DNA from: Malacoraja senta
Taxonomy: Eukaryota
Length of the DNA stretch: 64,000 nucleotides
Assembly (NCBI GenBank): GCA_038087875.1
Contig: CM075993.1
Location: forward strand, 10,976,001-11,040,000
Reading direction: 5' to 3'
The notes under the pieces were generated by a model. It did no database searches. It had not been told where the DNA came from and saw only the letters and a program-made list of their open reading frames with translations. A program made the position numbers and the translations under genes. Below are positions 1 through 12,429 of this stretch, piece after piece. How positions within the stretch are numbered: the first letter of the stretch is position 1; every line of letters starts with the position of its first letter.

Positions 1-286
1 GTGTATTTTGGTGAGCTGTGGATTAACAGTGAGATTGCGTATATTAGAAAACCAAGGGATAATGTTGAGATAGTGTCTCAGAAATCCCAGATTTAACAGG
101 GAGTCAGGGAAAGTTAGGAAGGCTTGGGATAGCAGTGAGCCAGTGTGCGGCATTCAGCCCGATTGCTGAGTGATGGAGGTATTATAGGACACTGGTCCTA
201 CATTACAGGACACAGACCCTATTGACGTCATTAACAAAGTGCAAATCGAGAGAGGTTGGTGCTGAATGTATTGGAATCGTTAAGTT

Positions 287-576
287 GGGTGGCACGGTGG
301 AATTGCTGCCTTACGACGCCAGAGATCCTGGTTCAATTCTGACTAATTCTGCTGTCTGTACGAAGTTTGTACATTCTCGCTGTGACTGCGTTGGTTTTCT
401 CCAGGTGCTCCGGTTTCCTCCAACACTTCAAAGACATGCAGCTTCGTAGGTTAATTGGCTTTGGTAAAATTGTAAATCGTCCCCAGTGTGTAAGGTAGTG
501 AGTGCTAGCGTATGGGGCGATTGCTGGTCGGCGCGGACTCAGTGGGCCTGTTTCCGTAAAGTCTCTAAAGTCTAAA
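287..576 (+). mobile_element. HE1-like tRNA-derived V-SINE
   Basis: tRNA-like head (GGTGGCACGGTGG...GGTTCAATTC), V-domain core (AGTTTGTACATTCTC...CCGGTTTCCTCC), CR1-like tail ending in (CTAAAGT)n; many similar copies in the window. Confidence 0.8.
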
Positions 577-796
577 ATCTTAAACTTAACAATGGTGCAG
601 ATGAGGAACGGTGTGAGAAAGGATGGAGCCAGGTGTTGTTGCAGTGGATGTAAACAGTCATCATGGGAATGAGGTCCACAGGTCGCTCAGGGCTCAAGTC
701 TGACACCACTTGGTTTGTTTTCAACAGGTTGGCATGAGGAGTCTATGAGATATTGGCTTGGGGATTGAGTATTGATAAAACTGATGACTTCACATT

Positions 797-1113
797 AGCC
801 CTGTCCTACTGTATGAGTTCATTCAAGAGCTCTCCCGAGTTTAAAGAAAAAATCAAACTCGTGGTAAGCACGGAGAATGTACGTAGCGGGTACATCGGAG
901 CTCGAGGACGTCTCTTAGCAGCTCGTAACGCTAACGGCAGGTACTCTGGAAACGCGGTAAGCTTGGGAAGACTCATGAAGATTTTTCAACATGTTGAAAA
1001 ATGTCCACGCGAGCCCCGAGTACTTACGAGCGGCCATTACCATAAATCTCCAAGCTCGAATCGGGCCAACCTCCGGAGAATTCTTGAATGAACTCGTACA
1101 GTGGGACAGGGCT
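797..1113. mobile_element. Non-autonomous PIF/Harbinger-like MITE (copy 1)
   Basis: About 40-bp TIRs AGCCCTGTCCTACTGTATGAGTTCATTCAAGA / TCTTGAATGAACTCGTACAGTGGGACAGGGCT, TTA at the flanks, and a homologous inverted copy at 52056-52371. Confidence 0.8.
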
Positions 1114-1194
1114 TTAGTTTGGAGGAATGTCAACACATTCTTTGCTGGATTTAGACATTCTGTCAATTGACACATTTTTAACATAATGATGCAG

Positions 1195-2010
1195 TAGCCC
1201 AGAGGCCTGAACTACTGTCTGCCTCATTGGAGACTCGCAGACTATCTTTGATCAGATTTTTTTTTTTTTTTTAAATTTTATTAGAAGTAAGTACAATTGT
1301 ATACAATCATATTTTCATAATACCTTTTATGTACAGCCTCTTATTTAAAATTTTTTTTGAAATAAAGAAGAAAAAGAAAAAAGTTAGATAATGAAAAATA
1401 GAAAAATGTGAGATATATAGTGTGTGAAAAAGAAAAATAAAGAATGAAAAAAGAAAGTTGAGACATAGAAAATAGAAGAAAGAGAATAAAAGAAAAGAAG
1501 AGAAGAAAAGAAAATAGAAGGAGATCATTTATAATCTTGACCATCCGCAGTCACGGATTAGCTTTTACACCTGTTTTGCACCATACGTTTCCAAAAAGAT
1601 GACAAATGGAGACCAACTCGTTATGAATTGGTCAAATTTATCTATTAGGAGGAAATCTTTGATCAGATTTTATTGGCAGTATCTCGCACTAAACATTATT
1701 CATAGAAAACATAGAAACATAGAAAATAGGTGCCGGAGGAGGCCATTCGGCCCTTCGAGCCAGCACCGCCATTCATTGTGATCGTGGCTGATCGTCCCCG
1801 ATCAATAACCCGTGCCTGCCTTCTCCCCATATCCCTTGATTCCACCAGCCCCTAGAGCTCTAGCATTATTCGCATTATTCCCTTTATCATGTATCTGCAC
1901 ACTGTGGAGGGCTCGATTGTAATCATGTATTGTCTTTCTGCTGACTGGTTAGCTCGCAACAAATGTTTTTCACTGTACCTCGGTACACGTGATAATAATC
2001 TAAACTCATA
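1195..2010 (+). mobile_element. Rex1/Babar LINE 3' tail, interrupted by an L1-like insertion and a CR1-tail insertion
   Basis: Matches the 3' UTR following Rex1 ORFs at 55340-55560 and 51385-51600; split by insertions at 1261-1654 and about 1701-1863. Confidence 0.65.
1261..1654 (-). mobile_element. 5'-truncated L1/Tx1-like LINE with poly(A) tail and 17-bp TSD
   Basis: Poly(T) at the left end; TSD ATCTTTGATCAGATTTT at 1244-1260 and 1655-1671; minus strand reads LLIDKFDQFITSWSPFVIFLETYGAKQV*, resembling an L1-clade ORF2 C-terminus. Confidence 0.7.
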
Positions 2011-2514
2011 CTATGCTCAAACTCATAAACGGGGGCAGGGATAAAACACTGACCCTTTGATCCATCCCCACCATTCACCAACATAATGGCTGATCGACCG
2101 TGGCAGCTTTTCCCCTTGCTGCCCTCAGGCCCTCTGACTCTTTGGTATCGAGAAACCTCTCAGTCCTCTTCACTTACAAGGCAAATTCCTTGTGTTGAAT
2201 ACTTGGCCAATAAACATTAATTAATTAATTAATTAATTAATTAATTCATTCATTTTGAAGGAGCTGAATGACCAAGTCTCCAGATCAAGACCAGGGTTGA
2301 GAAGACCACCTTCAGATCGATGAAATTCTCTCTCACCTGTGGAAGATCATGCGCGACACGGTGGCACAGCGGTAGAGTTGCTGCCTTACAGCACCAGGGC
2401 CCTGGGTTTGATCCCAACTACGGGTGCTGTCTCTATGGAGTTTGTACGTTCTCCCAGTGACCTGCATGGTTTTACTCTGGGATCTACGGTTTCCTGCCAC
2501 ACTCCAAAGACGCA

Positions 2515-3452
2515 TGGATAGCAGGTTGGCTGGATGGCAGAAGACAAAGAGTGGCAACTAAGGGGGCTTTTTCTGGTTGGCTGCCAGTGACTAGCGGAGT
2601 TCCGCAGGGGTCGGTGCTGGGGCCTCTACTCTTCACGTTGTATGTGAATGGTTTGGACAAGGGAATTGAAGGCTTTGTGGCCAAGTTTATGGATTATACA
2701 AAAATAGGTGGAGGGGCAGGTAGTGTAGAGAAAGCAGGGACCCTGCAGAAGGACTTGGACAGGTTGGGACAATGGGCAGAGAAGTGGCAGATAGAATACA
2801 GTGTAGCAAAGTGTGGAGTCATGCATTTTGGTAGTAGGAATAAAACGTAGACAATTTTCTAAATGGGGAGCGAATCTAGAAATCAGGGGTGCAAAGGGAC
2901 ATGGGAGTGTTGGTGCAGGATTCCCAATTAGTTAATATGTAGGTCGAATCAGTAGTAAAGATAGCAAACTCATTGCTGCCATTTCTTTCAAGAGGGCTTG
3001 TCTACAAAAACAAGGATGTAATGCTGAGGCTCTATAAGGCCGCATTTGAAATATTGTGAGGAATTTTGGGCACCATATCTGAGGAAGGATGTGCTGGCTC
3101 TGGAGAGGATCCAAAGGAGGTTTACAAGAATGATCCCAGGATTGAGTGGGTTAACATATGATGAGCGTTTGTCGGCACTGGGCCTGTACTCGCTGGAGTT
3201 AAGAAGAATGAAGGGGGAACCTCATTGAAACATAGAGAATCGTGAAAGGCTTGGATAGAGTGGAGGTGGAGAGGATGTTTCCATTAGTGGGAGAGTCTAG
3301 GACTAGACGTCATAGTCTCAAAATTAAAGGACATTCTATTAGGAAGGAGATGAAGAGAAATGTCTTTAGTCAGAAGGTGGTGAATCTGTGTCACAGAAGG
3401 CTGTGGAGGCCATATCAGTGCACATTTTTAAGGCAGAGATAGATACATAGAT
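2515..3452 (+). mobile_element. CR1-clade (HER1-like) LINE RT fragment, degenerate
   Basis: [57 protein letters not shown]; frameshifts and stops. Confidence 0.9.
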
Positions 3453-3594
3453 TCTTGGGTCGACAAAATTGCTGGAGAAACTCAGCGGGTGCAGCAGCAT
3501 CTATGGAGGAAGGAAATAGGCAATGTTTTGGGTGGAAACCCTTCTTCAGACTCCCTGATTGCACCCCTGATTTAGATAGATTCTTGATTAGTAC

Positions 3595-4790
3595 ATGGCT
3601 TTCAGAAGGCTTTCGACAAGGTCCCACATAAGAGATTAATATACAAACTTAAAGCACACGGTATTGGGGTTCAGTATTGATGTGGATAGAGAACTGGCTG
3701 GCAGACAGGAAGCAAAGAGTAGGAGTAAACGGGTCCTTTTCAGAATGGCAGGCAGTGAATAGTGGGGTACCGCAAGGCTCAGTGCTGGGACCTCAGCTAT
3801 TTACAATATATATTAATGATCTGGACGAGGGAATTGAATGCAACATCTCCAAGTTTGCGGATGACACGAAGCTGGGGGGCAGTGTTAGCTGTGAGGAGGG
3901 TGCTAGGAGGCTGCAAGATGACTTGGATAGGCTGGGTGTGGGCAAATGCATGGCAGATGCAGTATAATGTGGATAAATGTGAGGTTGTCCACTTTGGTGG
4001 CAAAAACAGGAAAGTAGACTATTACCTGAATGGTGGCCGATTAGGAATAGGGGAGATGCAACGAGACCTGGGTGTCATGGTACACCAGTCATTGAAAGTA
4101 GGCATGCAGGTGCAGCAGGCAGTGAAGAAAGCGAATGGTATGTTAGCATTCATAGCAAATGGATTTGAGTATAGGAGCAGGGAGGTTCTACTGCAGTTGT
4201 ACAGGGTCTTGGTGAGACCACACCTGGGGTATTGCGTACAGTTTTGGTCTCCTAATCTGAGGAGGGACATTCTTGCCTTAGAGGGAGTACAGAGAAGGTT
4301 CACCAGACTGATTCCTGGGATGTCAGGACTTTCATATAAGGAAAGACTGGATAGACTCGGCTTGTACTCGCTGGAATTTGGAAGATTGAGGGGGGATCTT
4401 ATAGAAACTTACAAAATTCTTAAGGGGTTGGACAGGCTAGATGCAGGAAGATTGTTCCTGATGTTGGGGGAGTCCAGACAAGGGGTCACAGTTTAAGGAT
4501 AAAGGGGAAATCTTTTAGGACTGAGATGAGAAAAACATTTTTTACACAGGGAGTGGTGAATCTCTGGAATTCTCTGCCACAGAATGTAGTTGAGGCCAGT
4601 TCATTGGCTATATTTAAGAGGGAGTTAGATGTGGCCCTTGTGGCTAAAGGGATCAGGGGGTATGGAGAGAAAGCAGGTACGGGATACTGAGTTGGATGAT
4701 CAGCCATGATCATATTGAATGGCGGTGCAGGCTCGAAGGGCCGAATGGCCTACTCCTGCACCTATTTTTCTATGTTTCTATGTTTCTATG
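3595..4790 (+). mobile_element. CR1-clade LINE, RT 3' portion plus 3' tail
   Basis: [58 protein letters not shown]; ends in (TTTCTATG)n. Confidence 0.92.
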
Positions 4791-5084
4791 TATCAGAGGT
4801 TATGTGGAGAAGGTAAGAGAATGGATTGGGAGGGAGAGATAGATCAGCTATGATTGAATGGCGGAGTAGACTTGATGGGTCGAATGGCCTAAATCTACTC
4901 CTATCACATGAGTTTATGACGTACAGATTGTAGGTTAATTATCTTCGGTATAATTGTAAATTGTCCCTATGGTGTAAGTCAGCGTTAGTGTGCGGGGATT
5001 GCTGGTCGGCACAGAATCAGTGGGCCGAAGGGCCTTTTTCACTGAACTAAACTAAACTAAACTATCTCAGTCCCAAATGGCCTG

Positions 5085-5415
5085 TCCATTCGCCGACCAG
5101 CGATCCCCGCATATTAACACTATCCTACACACACAACGGGCAATGTACGTGTTTTATTCCAATCAATTAACCTGCAAACCTGTTGGTCTCTGGAGTGTGG
5201 GAGGAAACCGAGGATGGGCACTGAAGGTGGGCATGGAAATCGGGTTCAATCTCCAGCGGAACCAGAACCAACTGAAGTTAGTGTTGGCTTGGTGCATTGG
5301 CTCCCGGAGCACCCGGAGAAAACCCACGCGGTCACAGGGAGAACGTGCAAACTCCACACGGGTCTGGATCGAACCCGGGTCGGTGGGGTTGTGAGGAAGC
5401 GGCACTACCCGCGGC
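5085..5415 (-). mobile_element. HE1-like V-SINE with an internal ~90-bp insertion
   Basis: Reverse-complement SINE core (GGAGTGTGGGAGGAAACC...GGTCACAGGGAGAACGTGCAAACTCC) split at about 5211-5305. Confidence 0.7.
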
Positions 5416-5532
5416 AGTGTGTAAAGGTGTGTGTGTGTGTGTGTAAATGAACACTCGGGCCCGTGAGTACCGACTCGCGTCTCAACCTCGCGACTGGAGT
5501 TCAGGCATTTCCAACGCAAGGAGGTCTGCGGG

Positions 5533-5782
5533 AAGGTAGACAACAATGCTGGTGTAACTCAGCGGGTGCAGCAGGGTTTCGGCCCGAAACGTTCCCTGTT
5601 TCCTTCGCTCCATAGATGCTGCTGCACCCGCTGAGTTTCTCCAGCATTTTTGTCTACCTCCGATTTTCCAGCATCTGCAGTTCCTACTTAAACAGGTCTG
5701 TAGAAGGATCCCGACCAGACACGTCGCCTGTTCCCACCCCTCCCTAGACGCTGCCTGGCCAGCTGAGTTCCTCCAGCACTTT
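5533..5782. mobile_element. Penelope-like terminal-repeat fragments, inverted arrangement
   Basis: GGTAGAC...ACTCAGCGGGTGCAGCAG followed by its reverse complement; GGGTTTCGGCCCGAAACGT motif. Confidence 0.65.
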
Positions 5783-5849
5783 GTTTTTTTAATTTTTATT
5801 TTATTCATGAATGCAAGCGCTAACATTTGCGAAATAAAAGTCTATTGTT

Positions 5850-6180
5850 AGGGCGGCAAGGTGGCGCAGCGGTAGAGTTGCTGCCTCACAGCGCCAGAGA
5901 CGCGGGTTCGATCCTGGCCTCGGGTGCTGTGTCTGTGTGGAGTTTGTACGTTCTCCCCGTGATCGCGTGGGTTTTCCCCGGGTGCTCTGGTTTTCCCCCA
6001 CATGTCAAATACGCGCGGGTTGTGGGTTAATTGGCCTCTGTGAATTGTAAACTGCCCACTGGTGTGTAGGTAGTGGGTGAGAAAGTGGGATAACATAGAA
6101 CCAATGTGAACAGGTGATCGATGGTCGGGGTGGAACCGGTGGGCTGAAGGGCCTGTTTCCATGCTGTATCTCCAAACTGA
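5850..6180 (+). mobile_element. HE1-like V-SINE, near full length
   Basis: A box TGGCGCAGCGG, B box GGTTCGATCC, V core, tail GGGCCTGTTTCCATGCTGTATCTC. Confidence 0.85.
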
Positions 6181-6799
6181 GCTATTATATTGACCCCTTT
6201 GATCTGTGTTTCCACACCTTACCCTTCCATACCTCCATGTCTCCCTTTCCCCTGACTCTCAGTCTGAAGAAGGGTCTCGACCCGAAATGTCACCCATTCC
6301 ATCTCCCCAGAGATGCTGCCTGTCCCGCTGAGTTACTCCAGCATTTTGCGTCTATCTTATTACGTTGACTCGGGATAATGAATGTGATCTGTGCAACATA
6401 ACTATTGTATATTGGGACCTCGTTACCTGCCGCCTACAGATTGTCCTTCTCTGGAAGTCAGCGCCAATGTTTACTTCCAAATAATCGAAGTCGAGGGAAG
6501 CGGATCTTTGAATCCTCCGTTTTGGGATTATAAAGTTATAGGGCAAACTCCTCTGCACCGACCATCTACACTAGTCCCATTTGCCCGCGTTTGGCCCACA
6601 TCCTTCTAAACCTTCCAATCCATGTACCTGTTCAGGTGTCTATTAAATGTTGAAGCTAGACGCACTGTGCCGGAGTAACTCAACGGGCCAGGCAGCATCT
6701 CTGGAGAATAAAGATGGGTGACGTTTCAGGTAAGTACCCTTCTTCAGACTATTTTAAAATTTTATTATAGTATTGGCTTCACTGCCACATCTGGCAGCT

Positions 6800-7039
6800 C
6801 GATGAGGAAACGTTTTTTTCTCACAGAGAGTGGTGAGTCTGTGCAATTCTCTGCCTCAGAGGGCGGTGGAGGCAGGTTCTCTGGATGCTTTCAAGAGAGA
6901 ACTAGATAGGGCTCTTAAAAATCGCAGAGTCAGGGGATATGGGGCGAAGGCAGGAACGGGGTACTGATTGGGGATGATCAGCCATGATCACATTGAATGG
7001 CGGTGCTGGCTCGAAGGGCCGAATGGCCTACTCCTGCAC
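6800..7039 (+). mobile_element. CR1 LINE 3' end
   Basis: Matches the 3' ends at 4520-4760 and 33952-34260; its (TATTGTC)n tail resumes at about 7290 after an L2 insertion. Confidence 0.8.
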
Positions 7040-7292
7040 TCCTTCTCCAGGGCAGCTCCCAAGCTCTGGAATTCCCTCCCACAACCGGTCCGAAATTCTG
7101 AGTCCCTCACCATCCTCCAGTCCCGCCTCAAGACCCATCTCTTCACCTCTGCATACCCTTAGTCCCATGTCCCCCTCCCCTTTGCATCTCTGTCTTACTG
7201 CTCTATTTTGTTTTGTTTATTCTTGACTCTCAATGTAAAGCGACTTTGAGTCCTGAAAAGCGCTATATAAATAAAATCTATTATTATTATTA
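7040..7292 (+). mobile_element. L2-clade LINE 3' fragment
   Basis: FSRAAPKLWNSLP...SRLKTHLF; terminal TGTAAAGCGACTTTGAG...GAAAAGCGCTATATAAAT and (TAT)n. Confidence 0.8.
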
Positions 7293-7516
7293 TTGTCTAT
7301 TGTCTATTGTCTATTGATCCATATTCTCACCACCCACTGTGTGAAAAGTTGACCCTCAAGTTCCTGTTAGATCTGTTCCCCTCTCAGTTTAAAGCTATGT
7401 CGGCAGGTTCTTGATTCCTCTTCCCTGGGTAAATGACTCAAAATTGTTTCATTGTCATACGCCCGAAACGGTACAATTACATCCTTACTTGCAGCAGCAG
7501 CACAACAGACCCTAAC

Positions 7517-7790
7517 ATCTGCAGGAAGGAACTGCAGATGTTGGTTTAAACCGAAGATAGACACAAAAAGGTGGCGTAACTCAGCGGGACAGGCAGCATC
7601 TCTGAGGAAAAGGAATAGGTGACGTTTCAGGTCGAGACCCTTCTTCAGACTGAGAGTCATGGGAAAGGGAAACGAGAGATATAGATGGTGATGGGGAGAG
7701 ATATAGAACGAGTGATTGAAAGAAATGCAAAAAAAAAAAAATAACGATAATAATGGCGTTAGCTGTGGGCCAGGTGAAAACGAATTCCTA
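7517..7790 (-). mobile_element. Penelope-like repeat (3' UTR / pLTR part)
   Basis: AAGGAACTGCAGATG...CTCAGCGGGACAGGCAGCATCTCTG...GGTGACGTTTCAGGTCGAGACCCTTCTTCAGACTGAGAGTC. Confidence 0.7.
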
Positions 7791-8314
7791 AAATCTATCC
7801 CCCCTCGCGATTTTGTACATCTCTATAAAATCAGCTCTCAGCCTCCTGCGCTTCAAGAATAAAACCCCCGCCGGCCCAACCTCACAGCTTAGGTCCTCGT
7901 TTGCAAGTATTTCAATGGACTGTGTATAGGAAGGAACTGCAGATGCTGCTGTAGACCGAAGATAGACACAAAATGCTGGAGTAACTCAGCGGGTCAGGCA
8001 GCATCTCTGGAGAGAAGGAATGGGTGACGTTTCGGGTTAATTCTGTCCTCTGATGAACGACGTGTACTCCAGTCTCCAGGGTCAGTGGCATGCTGATAAA
8101 CGGTTGCCTGTAGACTTAGACCAGCCCCCCCCCCCCCCCTCTGGTGATCTGGGCTCCTCGCACGGCCATATGAAAGTGCAACATCCATGTTTTACAGGTG
8201 TGGTTCTGAACACCAGGCTCGCCAGAAGCGCGAGTGTAACAACCTTCTAGTTTCCGGGTCTGGCGCTCGCCCAGGGTTCCCGCTGATCGCCCATCAGAAT
8301 CTGTGGACTTTTGC

Positions 8315-8830
8315 CACACACGGCTGTGGAGGCCAAGCCAATGGATATTTTTAAGGCAGAGGTAGATAGATTCTTGATTAGTACGGGTGTCCAGGAGTTA
8401 TGGGGGAAGGCAGGAGAATGGGGTTGGGAGGGAGAGATAGATAATAGACAATAGACAATAGGAGCAGGAGTAGGCCATTCGGCCCTTCAAGCCAGCACTG
8501 CCATTCAATGTGATCATGGCTGATCATCCCCAATCAGTACCCCGTTCCTGCCTTCTCCCCATATCCCCTGACTCCGCTATCTTTAAGAGCCCTATCCAGC
8601 TCTCTCTTGAAAGCATCCAGAGAACCTGCCTCCACCGCCCTCTGAGGCAGAGAATTCCACAGACTCACCACTCTCTGTGAGAAAAAGTGTTTCCTCGACT
8701 CCGTTCTAAATGGCTTATTCCTGCTTCTTAAACTGTTGCCCCTGGTTCTGGAAAATCAGCCACGATTGAATACCGGAGTAGACTTGATGGGCCGAATGGC
8801 CCAATTCTGCTCCTATCATTTATGAACTTA
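8315..8830. mobile_element. Nested CR1 3'-end fragments in both orientations
   Basis: Plus-strand CR1 tail interrupted by a minus-strand CR1 3' end at about 8442-8750 beginning with (AATAGAC)n. Confidence 0.75.
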
Positions 8831-8919
8831 ATTATAATTAGACTGATTGCTCCAACGTTTGAAAGACACCTAGACAGGCACATGGACAGGGAAGATTTGT
8901 GTTGATTTGGGCCAAATGG

Positions 8920-9543
8920 AGAGAAACCAAGGAACTGATTGTGGACTTTGGAAGAGAAAGAACAAATGTGTCTACATCGACGGGAGGGTGATGGAGAGAG
9001 TCAAAAGCTTCAACGTGCATATCTCTGAAGATCTGTCCTGGACCCAGCACACTGATGCCATCATAAAGAAAGCTCGTCTATGCCTCTACTTCATTAGACG
9101 ATTGAGGAGATTAGTTCTGGCAACGAATACTCTCGTGAACTTCTACCAGTGTTCAGTAGAGAGCATATTGACTGGTTGCATCACGGACTGGGTCGGCAAC
9201 TCGAACGCCCAGGAATGAAGGAGACTGCAAAAGATGGTGAAGTCTGCTCGGCCCATCACATGGGGTTCTGACCTCCCAGCTCCCATCTACTGGAGTCGCT
9301 GCCTCAAAAAGGCAGCCAGCATCGTCGGAGACCCACACCACCCCGACCGCACACTCATTTCACCCCAGCCATCGGGAAGAAGATGCAGGAGCCTGAAAAC
9401 TGTAACGTCCAGGTTCAGGAACAGCTTCTTCCCAACAGCCATCAGCACTACAACCACTAAATAAGCTCTGAACTATTGCTTTTTGTCTTTGCGCTATTAT
9501 TGTTTAAAATACAGAAATATACGTTCATATATATGAAACTTCA

Positions 9544-9583
<40 letters not shown>

Positions 9584-9690
9584 ACTATATAGAAAGTTTA
9601 GTATATATATATGGACTGAATTTTCTTTTGTTGTTTATGATGGGGGTTACACTGCACTGTTTACATATCTGCTTTGCTGCTGCAAGCAAG
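8920..9690 (+). mobile_element. Rex1/Babar LINE 3' fragment
   Basis: VHISEDLSWTQHTDAIIKKAR, FYQCSVESILTGCIT, PSGRRCRSLKTVTSRFRNSFFP. Confidence 0.85.
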
Positions 9691-10128
9691 GATAGGAGGG
9701 CGCGGGACATTGCGAGAGGGTGATGGGCCGAATGGCCCAATTCTGCGTCTATCACTTACGACAGGTTTGCGAACTGCGCGCCCGTTCTCCTTGTGAATGC
9801 GCCAATTGACCCGCTCACTTCTCGCCCCCACTCCTTTCGCCCGATTCTTCACTTCTCTCAACCCATCCCCGTCCAGGAGAGAGGTTGCCCCCCCCCCAAA
9901 GATAGACACAAGATGCTGGAGTAACTCAACGGGACAGGCAGCATCTCTGGAGAAAGCGGGTGGGTGGGTGACGTTCCGGGTCGAGACCCTTCTTCATACT
10001 CGTCTTGTATTTTGTTACTCTCTTGTTCCCCTCTCACTCTCTCCTCTCTCCTCCCCCTCTCACTCTCTCCCTCTCCTCACTCTCTCTCTCTCTCTCTCTC
10101 ACCTCTCTCTCCTCTCTCCCCCCACCTC

Positions 10129-10328
10129 NNNNNNNNNNNNNNNNNNNNNNNNNNNNNNNNNNNNNNNNNNNNNNNNNNNNNNNNNNNNNNNNNNNNNNNN
10201 NNNNNNNNNNNNNNNNNNNNNNNNNNNNNNNNNNNNNNNNNNNNNNNNNNNNNNNNNNNNNNNNNNNNNNNNNNNNNNNNNNNNNNNNNNNNNNNNNNNN
10301 NNNNNNNNNNNNNNNNNNNNNNNNNNNN
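10129..10328. other. Assembly gap (200 N) between a CT-rich tract and a (TG)n tract
   Basis: Run of N directly visible. Confidence 0.99.
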
Positions 10329-10335
10329 TGTGTGT

Positions 10336-10374
<39 letters not shown>

Positions 10375-12429
10375 TGTGTGTGTGAGTGTGTGTGTGTATG
10401 TGTGTGTGTGTGTGTGTGCGTTCCCGCCGCAACTGCTAACATCGACCGTGCAAACAAGTGCGACTTGGGGCCACGACAAAGTCCTGGTCCGGCCGCCTTG
10501 TGCGTTTATTTATCCCAGTCCCCCCGGAACAGCAATGGTTAACGGAGCGCGCGGTTGTAACAATGTCTTGAAGTATTTAATGTTGCCTTCTCTGGTATCG
10601 CCGCTTAAAGCGAGAGGGCGGGCCCATATTTTGACAAAAGCTAATCTATCGTGCGCTGAGTAATTGATTTTAATGAAGTGTTTCACTTGTAATGAGAGCC
10701 GGGAGGGGCGCTGCTCGGGGGATTGTCACCACAGCTCGGCAACGCTGAGTGGGCCAACTCCGCCAGTCCCGGCGACACCTCTCGCCCTAAACCCGTTTGT
10801 CGCATTTTCTTCTTAAAATGAAACAGTTACTTCGTGGCCCGCTGGATACCTCCCCCCACCCCCTCCCTCTCCATCGCAATCTTAATTTATGCAAAATTAA
10901 TTGAGATATCTTTTATACTTGATGTGTTATAAACTTAATGCGTAATTTATGTAATTAGTCAATTAAGTATAATTCCAGCATATGTTCAAAATGCCTACAA
11001 GGTGTTCAGAACAGGTACTTATTTGTCGGGCGTTTTGATGTCATGAAAATCATCTAATTAATTTTACATGCATATTAATTTAGTATCTATTTAGCGGCTC
11101 CCTTTGTGCTAGCAGGTTTAATATTTATCTTTTGAGCCTTTTTGGGAGCGCCCTACAAGCAAGGGCGACGTCGGGAACAGCGACTTCCAATTATGTGTTT
11201 TTTTTAATAAACCCCTAACTGGCCCTTTACCCGTCCAGATCTCACGGAGAGGCGGTTGTATAATACCAAGAAAATTAATGAACATTTTAATTAATAAAAC
11301 GGCGGCATTGTAACCACTATGATAATGAAGTTAAATGAGTGTGTAGTAAAATATGCACTAATCCAGCGCTGTGCCACAACCCTTAATTCTGTCGAGCACT
11401 AACGGGCTTTGAGTAAGATAATGAGATACCCTGTCTACTAATTAATTGACAGTCTCCTGAATATTCATATGTGCTAGCGCCAATACGTTCCTAATTGCTC
11501 TGTAGAATGGATCTCCAAGGAAAGTAAACCGCCATAGACTTAATTAAAATAATATATTCCAGATATCTCGCGCTGAAGGTGAGGCACTTACCGTCAACAT
11601 TAAGAGTGTGACACTTTCTAGACGGACGATATGTAACACCTACTTTTATCCACGGCCGCGTCCTATGGAATGATGGCTCGCGTCTTTACATGATTCACGG
11701 CGTTTACAGTCCCCACCGCCTTACTGTGATTTAAATCGCCTTCCTCTTCCCATTTCCCCGGTCCTTTGCCTGCGCGCATGGTACACGTTAGTTAATTTAC
11801 ATTCATGTTGGTGTATTTATCCAAATGTTTGCACTAACTCCGATTCACGCCGCCCGCGGTCTGCACTTGTACCTTGTTTATTCATTAACTGCGAAAATCT
11901 ACATAGCCTGCAGATGCATCAATATTCTGCGGCCTAATTTCCCGGCCTCTTACCAGCCGGCGTTCGGCCGCTCTCGCCCCGGGGTTCCGGGGATGTACAC
12001 CCCAGATACTGACCCTGATCCCCCACTCCTCCTCTCCCCTCCCCTCCCCTCCGCTGCTGTGGTTCCTATTCCAATGACCCCCGCCAGAGTCTCGCATCCA
12101 TCACCGCAGCTAATTGCAGGAAGAGTTTTTGTTTTAACTTTCCAGATCTATCTTTGTCTGTCAGCTCATCGCGGAGCAGAGCATTCTTGGAGAACTTATA
12201 ATTCACAGGATGCAATCAATAAATCCTATTATAGACACAGGAATGCCGGAGTAACTCAGCGGGTCAGGCAGCATCTCTGGAGAGAAGGAATGGGTGACGT
12301 TTCGGGTCGAGACCCTTCCTCAGGCTGCTTTTATGTTTGTTAGACGCTGTCTTCTGTACGGACGCCCCGTACCGGGCCTTGCCCTTTGAGAACAGGGGGT
12401 CTGGCACAACCCTGGATAACTTCACTCTG

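Noticed and set aside
5850..5925. SINE heads as tRNA genes
   Set aside because: They have A and B boxes but no proper cloverleaf and run into the SINE core.
9797..10663. ORFs spanning the N run
   Set aside because: Artefacts of the assembly gap and flanking simple repeats.
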